A DNA stretch of 64,000 nucleotides, from NCBI GenBank assembly GCA_958420165.1, contig CATZIU010000004.1, positions 6,591-70,590 on the forward strand, written 5' to 3'. A model generated the notes under the pieces. It was not told the DNA's origin, did no database searches, and saw only the letters and a list, made by a program, of their open reading frames with translations. Both the position numbers and the translations under genes were made by a program. Positions 48,483-56,507 of the stretch are shown piece by piece. The DNA comes from an uncultured Collinsella sp. Lineage in GTDB: Bacteria; Actinomycetota; Coriobacteriia; Coriobacteriales; Coriobacteriaceae. Positions within the stretch are counted from its first letter, which is position 1. Every line of letters starts with the position of its first letter.

Positions 48483-49568
48483 TTACAGCACAAAGGCGTC
48501 GATGTCGCCCCAGTGGCGGCGCAGCGTGATGGCGGCAGCGGGCTCGGTGTTGTCAAAGACGACCGACCATTGCGTGTTGCTGGTGATGTCATCCGGATTG
48601 GGCTCTTGCGCCGCAGCGCGTAGAGCCTTCCAAGCGACTGCCTCGTCCTGGGCACCGACATGGGCGTCAAGGACATCGGCGATTGCGACGGCACGCTCTT
48701 TACCATGGCCCAGCTCGCCATTCTTTTGGTTGGGCAGCACTTCGTCACCATAGCAGGCGTAGAAGTTCGTAACCTGGCGTACAGGAGTCACTTTGCATGC
48801 ACGGTCGGGGTCGCGCGGATCCCACTCCACCACCCGCGCGTCACCGGCGGCGTCGTTGATAAAGAAGTGGTAATCGCGTCCTGCCATGGCGTGCATGTCG
48901 TAGGCGGAAAGCAGGTCGACAGCTTCTTGCGTGGTGGCGGCACGGTCGAGCACCAGACGGATGGCGAGCGAGGTATTGATGACGGGGCGCTGCGTGTCCT
49001 GGTCACAGGGCTTGGAGTCCAGGGTGAGTACGGCAATGGACACGCCGCATTCGTTAACACCGTCGAGCTGGGCAAACGGGCCCATGAGCGCGGCGGCGCG
49101 TCCGGCGACGGAGTCAAGCGGAGTATTATCGCCCAGGTTGTTAAGGGCGGCAAACCCGATGGAGGCATAGCCGCCGCGTGGGTGATTGCGCACCAGCAGC
49201 GCCGAGGTGTCGTCCTTAAAGTCGTAATTGCGGCCGGTGCGCACGCGGCCTTCGGCATCTACGGCGATAAAAGCGCTGCAGGCAAACTGGGGCGCCTGGA
49301 CATGTGCTGGCACGCCGGGCAACACCTGTGCCACCACAGCATCGATGTAGGCCTGGTCGTCGCGCACATCGGCGGCGATGATGCAGTCGAGGTCGTAGTC
49401 GTAGACGATGTCGATTGCGTGCAGGTCATAGCCATCCGCGTAGCCGGTCAAGCGTTTGAGCGACGCAGCGGATTTGATTTGCTTGCGGTAAACGATGCCG
49501 GCGGCAGCGGCAAGGCCGACGGCGACGCCCGCGACACCGCAGGCGATGGCAATGTTACGTGGCTTCAT
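48483..49568 (-). CDS. Ntn-hydrolase (linear amide C-N hydrolase / choloylglycine-hydrolase superfamily) with N-terminal anchor
   Basis: N-terminal TM/signal; internal FA|CSAF nucleophile; GRNYD, DGVNECG and VTNF motifs. Confidence 0.78.
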   Translation of the reverse strand: MKPRNIAIACGVAGVAVGLAAAAGIVYRKQIKSAASLKRLTGYADGYDLHAIDIVYDYDLDCIIAADVRDDQAYIDAVVAQVLPGVPAHVQAPQFACSAFIAVDAEGRVRTGRNYDFKDDTSALLVRNHPRGGYASIGFAALNNLGDNTPLDSVAGRAAALMGPFAQLDGVNECGVSIAVLTLDSKPCDQDTQRPVINTSLAIRLVLDRAATTQEAVDLLSAYDMHAMAGRDYHFFINDAAGDARVVEWDPRDPDRACKVTPVRQVTNFYACYGDEVLPNQKNGELGHGKERAVAIADVLDAHVGAQDEAVAWKALRAAAQEPNPDDITSNTQWSVVFDNTEPAAAITLRRHWGDIDAFVL

Positions 49569-49729
49569 GACGGCTCCTCTCGTCCTGTTAGCGTAATTGT
49601 CGCAAAAGGAGCGCGGGCATGATGGCTCAACTTGGTGAGCGGCGCGGGATTAAACACGGAATGAAGAGTGCAGCGCTGGCGCGGCGGGGTATGCTGGAAG
49701 GGACCATCAACCCAGCGAAAGGGGAGAGC

Positions 49730-51115
49730 ATGACGGATCAGGAAACGCCCGAGCGCGCGCATGTGACGGCCGATGATATCGAGGCCGCCAACGACCTTAT
49801 CGACTTTATCGAGGCATGCCCCAGCATGTTCCATACGGCGGCGACCATTATGGCCGAGCTCGACGAGGCGGGCTTTACCTACCTGCCCGAGAACGCGGCG
49901 TGGGACATCGAGCCGGGCGGGCGTTATTACACGCAGCGCAACACCTCGAGCGTTGTTGCCTTTAAGGTGGGCGAGGACCTGGCCGCGACGTGGGGCGAGG
50001 ACGGCGTTGCTGGCGACTACCATTTTCAGCTCACGGCGTCGCACAGCGATTCGCCGACGTTTAAGGTTAAGGCCGTGCCTGAGCTCGACGGCGCGGGCGA
50101 GACGCTGCGCCTGAACACCGAGGCCTACGGCGGCATGATCGACTACACCTGGTTCGACCGTCCGCTGGCACTCGCGGGCCGCGTACTGGCACGCGAGGGC
50201 GACCGTATCGAGAGTCGTTTGCTCGCTACCGAGCGCGAGGTCGCTATTATCCCGAGCCTTGCCATCCACATGAACCGCGGCGTTAACGAGGGCTTTGCTC
50301 CCAACCGAGCCGTCGACCTTTGCCCGCTTATCAGCGCCGGTGATCTTAAGCAGGGCGACTTTGATGCTCTGATCGCCGACGAGCTGGACGTTGAGCCCGA
50401 GCAGATCCTGGGCCGCGATCTGTTCCTGGTCAATCGTCAGGATGCGCGCATTTGGGGCTGGGCCGACGAGTTTATCTCGACGCCCAAGCTCGACGACCTA
50501 GCCTGCGCCTATACCTCGCTACAGGCATTTTTGGGTGCCGAGAACGCGCACGACGTCTCGGTCTTCTGCTGCTTTGATAACGAGGAGGTTGGCTCCGAGA
50601 CCAAGCAGGGCGCCATGTCGACGTTCTTGGCCGACGCACTGCGCCGCATCAACGGATCGCTGGGCTTTGACGACGAGTCGTACCATCGCGCCCTTGCCGC
50701 CTCGATACTTGTAAGCTGCGACAATGCACATGCCGTGCATCCCAACCACGCCGAGAAGTGCGATGCCCGCAACCAGGTCGTGCTCAACGGCGGCATCGTT
50801 ATCAAGGAAGCTGCCAACCAGCACTACTGCACCGATGCCTTTAGCCGCGCGGTGTTCCAGGCCATCTGCGACGACGCCGCCGTGCCCACGCAGGCCTTCG
50901 CCAACAAGAGCGATATGGCCGGCGGCTCCACGCTCGGCAACCTGTCGAACATGCAGGCGAGCATGCACGCCGTGGACGTGGGCCTGCCGCAGCTGGCCAT
51001 GCACTCAAGCTACGAGACCGGCGGCGTACGCGACGTGATGTACGCCATCCGCGCCCTCACCGCCTTCTACGAGCGCAACCTAACCATCAACGGCGCCGAA
51101 AGCGTGGAGCTCTAA
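49730..51115 (+). CDS. M18-family aspartyl aminopeptidase
   Basis: HSDSP, FDRPL, LAIH, DNEEVGS, DNAHAVHPN and QLAMHS motifs. Confidence 0.93.
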   Translation: MTDQETPERAHVTADDIEAANDLIDFIEACPSMFHTAATIMAELDEAGFTYLPENAAWDIEPGGRYYTQRNTSSVVAFKVGEDLAATWGEDGVAGDYHFQLTASHSDSPTFKVKAVPELDGAGETLRLNTEAYGGMIDYTWFDRPLALAGRVLAREGDRIESRLLATEREVAIIPSLAIHMNRGVNEGFAPNRAVDLCPLISAGDLKQGDFDALIADELDVEPEQILGRDLFLVNRQDARIWGWADEFISTPKLDDLACAYTSLQAFLGAENAHDVSVFCCFDNEEVGSETKQGAMSTFLADALRRINGSLGFDDESYHRALAASILVSCDNAHAVHPNHAEKCDARNQVVLNGGIVIKEAANQHYCTDAFSRAVFQAICDDAAVPTQAFANKSDMAGGSTLGNLSNMQASMHAVDVGLPQLAMHSSYETGGVRDVMYAIRALTAFYERNLTINGAESVEL

Positions 51116-51152
51116 AACCTGCCAAAAAGGGATGTTAATTTTGGCAGGTTTT
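51114..51152 (+). repeat. REP-like palindrome, family 3 (degenerate loop)
   Basis: AAAACCTGCCAAAA-AGGGATGTTAA-TTTTGGCAGGTTTT. Confidence 0.75.
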
Positions 51153-51200
51153 ATCTGGGCGAATGCAAAGGGTAAAACCGAACTAGATCTGTGATACGTG

Positions 51201-51234
51201 GCCGCCGAGGTGCAGTGTGCCTCGGCGGCTTTTT
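51201..51234 (+). terminator. Intrinsic terminator
   Basis: GCCGCCGAGG...CCTCGGCGGC followed by TTTTT. Confidence 0.8.
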
Positions 51235-51329
51235 GTGTACAGAGTACGGCTAATGCTTATCAATGCTATACATGCTTTATGTATCTACCATAGAGTTTTA
51301 TGATAGTTTTGAAGTATTAAGGAGGGGTC

Positions 51330-51710
51330 ATGACCACAACAGCCGCTCAGATCAACGTGCGTCTCGATGCCGATCTCAAAAGGAGTGGGGACGCCGCTCT
51401 CTCCAGGGCCGGTATGACGCCGAGCCAAGCGGTGCGAGCGCTCTGGCAGCTTGCAGCGTCGCTGGCCGATCGCCCCGGTGCGCTCGAGGATATCCTGCTG
51501 CCCAGTCGTGCCCGGGCGGAACAGCGCGAGCGCGAAAAGGCCGCCAAACGTAAACTCGAGCTCATGGATCAGGGATCGAAGCTGTTCGCTGCCGCTTGCC
51601 GTGAGTCGGGAATCGATATGGTCAGGGCTCAGCCATCGGACGACGAAGAGCTCAAACGGAACGCCTATGCTGATCGCTATGGCGAGGAGATGAGCTGGCT
51701 CTATGAGTGA
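51330..51710 (+). CDS. RelB/DinJ-like RHH antitoxin
   Basis: QINVRLDADLK...GMTPSQAVR ribbon-helix-helix; AGGAGG RBS; overlaps the PIN gene. Confidence 0.8.
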   Translation: MTTTAAQINVRLDADLKRSGDAALSRAGMTPSQAVRALWQLAASLADRPGALEDILLPSRARAEQREREKAAKRKLELMDQGSKLFAAACRESGIDMVRAQPSDDEELKRNAYADRYGEEMSWLYE

Positions 51711-52194
51711 GGCTCTAAAGCGCATCTTGGTTGACACCAACGTGTGGCTCGATTACTTCATTCCCTCACGACGTGGTCGTTCGGCGGCGATTGAGTTTTT
51801 ACGCGATGCATGCACGGCGCAGGTGGATTTGCTGTATGCGGCGACATCGTCCAAAGACCTGTTCTATTTGATTTCAAGTGAACATAAGGCATGGTATCGG
51901 CGAGAGCGCGGTTCGCTGTCTCAAGATGCCGCTTCGGCGGCGACATCACTCGCATGGGATTGTCTTGATGTGTTGTCGCAACTTGCTACGCCCGTGCCCT
52001 GCGACCTGAGCGACATATGGATGGCGAGTAAGCAGCGTGAGCTCCATAGCGATTACGAAGACGATTTAATCATCGCGGCAGCGATGCGCGCAAAGACAGA
52101 CCTTCTGGTCACCAACGATGTCAAGCTCTGCTCACACGCACCAGTCGCCGCAATGAGCGTAGAAGACGCAAAGAATTACTTAGCAACGCTCTAA
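51703..52194 (+). CDS. PIN-domain (VapC-like) toxin
   Basis: ILVDTNVWLD, DYED and LLVTND motifs. Confidence 0.85.
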   Translation: MSEALKRILVDTNVWLDYFIPSRRGRSAAIEFLRDACTAQVDLLYAATSSKDLFYLISSEHKAWYRRERGSLSQDAASAATSLAWDCLDVLSQLATPVPCDLSDIWMASKQRELHSDYEDDLIIAAAMRAKTDLLVTNDVKLCSHAPVAAMSVEDAKNYLATL

Positions 52195-52210
52195 CAATTT
52201 GAAGACCCCA

Positions 52211-52370
52211 CAGGTTGAGTAAACGCCAGCGAGAGCCCGCCGTTTGAGCCAAGGTGCCGTGAAATGAAAAGGCGCTGACCTTCTGGTCGCGCCTTTGAAA
52301 TTGAACGGCAGATTGGCCAAACGGCGGGCTCGCAGCGTCGGCTCATTACGCCGTTTGTAAAACGGCGTAA
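52211..52370 (+). repeat. Covarying multi-stem element, family 2 copy 2
   Basis: Same conserved blocks and stem layout as 11440-11600. Confidence 0.8.
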
Positions 52371-52373
52371 TTC

Positions 52374-53309
52374 TTAGTGTTCGATCCAGCAGCGCAGGGT
52401 CTCGCTGGCCTGCAGGTGACGCAGATTCTCCGCGGCGATGTCGACCACGTTATTGAGCGTGGCGGCTAGGTGGAACCAGCCGGAGACGTGCGGCGTGATG
52501 AGCATGTTAGGCGCATCCCACAGTGGGCTTGTCTCGGGTAGCGGCTCGGGGTCGGTGACGTCGACCGCGGCGCCGGCGAGACGTCCCGACTCCAGAGCGG
52601 CAACCAAGTCGTCGGCAACCACAAGATCGCCGCGGCCGCCGTTGGCAAAGAAGGCGCCCGGTTTCATCGCGGCGAAGAACTCGGCGTTTGCCAGGCCGCG
52701 GGTCTCGGGTGTGCTCGGCATAAAGGATGCGACGACGTCGGCTTCGGCCAAGCGCTCAGACAGGGCATCCATGCCGTCCATGTCCTCAAACACAATGGGG
52801 TAGACGAGCGGATGGCGCTTGATGCCGCGGACGTGCGCGCCCATGCTGCGGCATAGCGTGGCAAAGTGGCCGCCGATATCGCCTGCGCCCAGCACCAGCA
52901 CATTGGCGTTTTTGAGCGAGGTGACCGACCCCAAATCCTCCCAGCGATGCTCGCGCTGCAAGTCGTGATAGCCGGGCAGGCGCTTCATCATGGAAAGGAC
53001 CATGGCAAACATGTGCTCGCTCACGGCTTGGCCGTAGGCGCCCACCGAGCAGGAAAGCTTGGCGTCGGCTGGCACGGTGCCGGCGGCCAGGTAATCGTCA
53101 TAGCCCGCGGTCTGCAGTTGCAGCAGCTGGAGGTGCTCGCACGCGGTAAGCAGGGCGGGGTCTATGTTGCCCAAGATCACGTCGGCGTCGGCGACCTGCT
53201 CACGCGTGACGGCATCGGCGCTCGTGTAGATAAAGTCCTCGCCCGGAGCGCTCGACTCAAGGATCGCGCGGTGACGGTCGTTGACGGGCAACAAAACCAG
53301 GATGTTCAC
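52374..53309 (-). CDS. D-2-hydroxyacid dehydrogenase family protein
   Basis: GAGDIG, NGGRG, DVTDPEPLP and ITPHVSG motifs; GTG start after GGAGAGGA. Confidence 0.9.
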   Translation of the reverse strand: MNILVLLPVNDRHRAILESSAPGEDFIYTSADAVTREQVADADVILGNIDPALLTACEHLQLLQLQTAGYDDYLAAGTVPADAKLSCSVGAYGQAVSEHMFAMVLSMMKRLPGYHDLQREHRWEDLGSVTSLKNANVLVLGAGDIGGHFATLCRSMGAHVRGIKRHPLVYPIVFEDMDGMDALSERLAEADVVASFMPSTPETRGLANAEFFAAMKPGAFFANGGRGDLVVADDLVAALESGRLAGAAVDVTDPEPLPETSPLWDAPNMLITPHVSGWFHLAATLNNVVDIAAENLRHLQASETLRCWIEH

Positions 53310-53329
53310 AAGCAGTCCTCTCCGCTCAG

Positions 53330-53366
53330 CCTGCCAAAAAGGGACAGGTTTATTTTGGCAGGTTTT
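53330..53366 (+). repeat. REP-like palindrome, family 3
   Basis: CCTGCCAAAA-AGGGACAGGTTTA-TTTTGGCAGG. Confidence 0.8.
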
Positions 53367-53438
53367 ATCAGGCAAAACGTTTAAATAAAACGCCGGATGC
53401 AAGACGAGCGTGCCCGTCAGCATCCGGCGTCCGCACGG

Positions 53439-54326
53439 CTACCAGCTCAGCAGCTCGTAACCGTCCTCGGTCACCACGAGCTGTACCTCGCACTGAGCCG
53501 AATCGCTACCGTCCTTGGTGCGCACGCACCAGCCGTCGCCCTTGCTAATTTTAATGTCGGGCGCTCCGGCGTTGACCATGGGCTCGATGGTAAAGACCAT
53601 ACCCGGAGCCATGATGGTGTCCACATCGGGTGCCTCGGTGGTAAAGCCCACAAACGGGTCCTCGTGGAACTTCTTACCGATGCCGTGTCCGCCGTACTCG
53701 CGCACCACGCTAAAGCCGGCGTCCTCGACCGTCTTTTGCACGGCCTCGGCCATCACGGACAGCGGTAGCCACGGCTTGACGGCAGCCAGGCCCGCTTCCA
53801 CGCTGGCGCGGGTGACGTCGACCAGGCGCTGGCGCTCGGCAGAGACCTCGCCGATGCAGAACATGCGGCTCGAGTCGCTAAAGTAGCCGTCCAGGATCGT
53901 GGAGCAGTCGACGTTGATGATGTCGCCCTCGTGCAGCACGTCCGTATCGCAGGGGATGCCGTGGCAGACCACATCGTTGATTGAGGTGCACACGCTCTTG
54001 GGGTAACCCTCGTAGTTGAGGTCGGCCGGCGTGCCACCGTGCTCGACGGTGTAGTCGTAAATCATCTGGTCGATCTGGTTGGTGGTCATGCCCGCGGCGA
54101 TGTGCTCGCCTACGTAGTCGAGCACGCCCACGTTGATGGCGGCCGAGCGCTTGATGCCCTCGATATCGGCGGGCGTCTTGTAGAGCGTGCGGGGCAGAAC
54201 CTCCCAGCCCTCTTCCCACAAGCGCTCGAGGCGCTCATCAAAGGTGCTATGGCATTTCTTATATTTTTTGCCGCTGCCGCACCAGCAAGCGTCGTTGCGG
54301 CCGGGCACGGGTCCTTTGTCAAACAT
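53439..54326 (-). CDS. map: Methionine aminopeptidase type I with N-terminal SEC-C motif
   Basis: GRNDACWCGSGKKYKKCH; CTSINDVVCHGIP, GHGIG and FTIEPM motifs. Confidence 0.93.
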   Translation of the reverse strand: MFDKGPVPGRNDACWCGSGKKYKKCHSTFDERLERLWEEGWEVLPRTLYKTPADIEGIKRSAAINVGVLDYVGEHIAAGMTTNQIDQMIYDYTVEHGGTPADLNYEGYPKSVCTSINDVVCHGIPCDTDVLHEGDIINVDCSTILDGYFSDSSRMFCIGEVSAERQRLVDVTRASVEAGLAAVKPWLPLSVMAEAVQKTVEDAGFSVVREYGGHGIGKKFHEDPFVGFTTEAPDVDTIMAPGMVFTIEPMVNAGAPDIKISKGDGWCVRTKDGSDSAQCEVQLVVTEDGYELLSW

Positions 54327-54378
54327 GGCTAACTTCCTTTCATCCGCAGCTAGTATAGCCCACCCACGCGTCTATAAA

Positions 54379-54445
54379 AGTTGCGGTGATATAGTTCCGA
54401 TTTAAGCGGTTTAACAGCACAAATAGGAACTATATCACCGCAACT
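54379..54445. repeat. ~65-bp palindrome, family 4 copy 4
   Basis: AGTTGCGGTGATATAGTTCC...GGAACTATATCACCGCAACT. Confidence 0.85.
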
Positions 54446-54486
54446 GATGGGGCGGGATGGCGGGCACTGGCTGCTGCGTGGTTTTG

Positions 54487-55263
54487 CTAGTAGCTCACCT
54501 GGCAGGGGATGCCGAGGGCGCGCACGCGTGCAGCAATCTTGTCGAGCACCTCGGGCGCCGCTTTAGCAAGGCCGGCGACCGGTGTTTCGCGCGCCACCGT
54601 GTAAATGGTCGCCTCCTGTGGGCGGATGCGCTCGAGCGCCGAGAGCCAAGGGCCAACGTACTCCTCGCCGGTGTTATCGAGAGACTTGCCCCGGTACTCA
54701 CCGCTCAAAAACATCGTCTGGATAATGACATGACCGTTAAAGCTCGCGAACGTTTCGATCTGGTGCTCTACATCGTAGGGGCCAACGGGCTGGTCGAGCA
54801 GCTGGATAAAAGCCGGGTCGACCGTATCGAGCTTGAGGATGTTGTCGTCGACCATCATGAGCGCATCGTGTACCTGGGGACGGTCGGCGCGCGTGCCATT
54901 GGAAAGCACGGCAATCTTGGTGTTTGGGGCCAGCTCGTCGCGCAGCGCGACGGCGCCGGCGATGGCCTGCGGAAACTCCGGTGCGGCGGTGGGCTCGCCG
55001 TTGCCTGCGAAGGTGATTACATCGGGGAGCTCGCCCTCGGCTGCCATCTCGCGCAGCTTTACCTCGAGCGCGTCGAGTGCCACGGCAGCTATGTTGTACG
55101 GCTCATGGCAGGGGCGCTCAGCGTTGAGACCGTTTTCGCAGTAAATGCAGTCGAACGTGCAGATTTTGCCGCTGGCCGGCATCATGTTGACGCCGAGCGA
55201 AAGGCCCAGGCGACGGCTGCGAACGGGCCCAAAGATGGGGCTGGCATTTAAAAACGTAGACAT
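54487..55263 (-). CDS. Radical SAM protein of unknown function
   Basis: FGPVRSRRLGLSLG, CTFDCIYC (CxxxCxxC) and GNGEPT motifs. Confidence 0.85.
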   Translation of the reverse strand: MSTFLNASPIFGPVRSRRLGLSLGVNMMPASGKICTFDCIYCENGLNAERPCHEPYNIAAVALDALEVKLREMAAEGELPDVITFAGNGEPTAAPEFPQAIAGAVALRDELAPNTKIAVLSNGTRADRPQVHDALMMVDDNILKLDTVDPAFIQLLDQPVGPYDVEHQIETFASFNGHVIIQTMFLSGEYRGKSLDNTGEEYVGPWLSALERIRPQEATIYTVARETPVAGLAKAAPEVLDKIAARVRALGIPCQVSY

Positions 55264-55498
55264 AGGCATATGCTCCTTGGGACAGTTGAGCTTAAGCATA
55301 GCATCGGCCTTCATGTGGGTTGCGGGTTTGGGCGCTGTTGTTTAGGCAGAAACCTTGCAATCGGGCGAGTTTTCGAAACCCTGTCATGAAAGGGTGCGAG
55401 CTGGGTACAGTAGACGCATTCATGTACACACAAAATGACGCCATCTGACCAAGCCGCACCCCGGCACGGCCTGGTGGTGTTGACGATGGGAACACAGT

Positions 55499-56296
55499 AT
55501 GGATTTTACGGTCGAGAATGCGGGCACCACGATTGCCTGCCGCGAGTATGCCGGCCCGGATGTATCGTCCGATACACCCGCCTTGGTGTGCGTGCACGGT
55601 GCGTGCGTCGACGGTGTCTTTTTTGACGGCATCGCCCGCGAGCTCGCCTGTGACTATCGCGTCATTACCTACGACCGCCGCGGTTGCGGCGAGAGCGGCG
55701 ACGCTGCAGACGGACGCTACGACCTCGCCGCCCAAGCCGCCGACCTGCAGGTCGTTATCGAGCATATTGGCGCTCCGGCAAACGTGCTCGCGCACAGTGC
55801 CGGTACGTTGGTGGCCCTGGAGCTTCTCCGTGCAAACCCCGCCATAATCTCGCGTGCGATTCTGCATGAACCCGCCGTGACGGATGAGGGCGCCGGCCTG
55901 GGCGCGGCCCCGGTTTTGCTCGAGATGATCGCCGCGGGAAAGGTCTCCAGGGCATTACGGGCCTTCCTGGGCGCCATCGGCGATTCGGACCCTGAGGCCC
56001 CCAAGTTAACCGAGGCGGAAGCCAAGCATGCCCTGCGCAACGGCCGCAGTTTCATGGCAAACGAATACGGGATTACTATGACCTGCGTTCCCGATTGGGA
56101 TAGCGTTCGTGCGTCGAAAACGGTGGCCGCCGTGCTCCTGGGCGAGCTCTCGATTGGCACGCCTCGCGAGGCGGGCACAAGGGTGGCGGCTGAGCTTTTG
56201 GACTGTCCACTCGTAATGGTTCCCGGCGCGCACAACGGCCTGCGCGATCGCCCGGGAGCGGCTGCCCAGACTGTCCTTGGCATCCTGGGGCTCTAA
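55499..56296 (+). CDS. Alpha/beta hydrolase
   Basis: VHGA, YDRRGCGES, AHSAG nucleophile elbow and PGAH motifs. Confidence 0.85.
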   Translation: MDFTVENAGTTIACREYAGPDVSSDTPALVCVHGACVDGVFFDGIARELACDYRVITYDRRGCGESGDAADGRYDLAAQAADLQVVIEHIGAPANVLAHSAGTLVALELLRANPAIISRAILHEPAVTDEGAGLGAAPVLLEMIAAGKVSRALRAFLGAIGDSDPEAPKLTEAEAKHALRNGRSFMANEYGITMTCVPDWDSVRASKTVAAVLLGELSIGTPREAGTRVAAELLDCPLVMVPGAHNGLRDRPGAAAQTVLGILGL

Positions 56297-56507
56297 CACC
56301 CGCAATAGCCAAAGCAGGCTTCATCCGCAAACGTTTCGGCATTGTTAACAAATGTGTTCAAAACCTCACGTCTGCGGCTTCAATCGCGCCGTCTGCCAAC
56401 TCATAAAAATGTAACAGCATTTACGTGCTTACCTGCACCGGCAAGGTGTTACCCTTGTAACATTTGGAACCCACCGCTACCATGCGAAGCTATCGAAAGG
56501 GCCCCAT

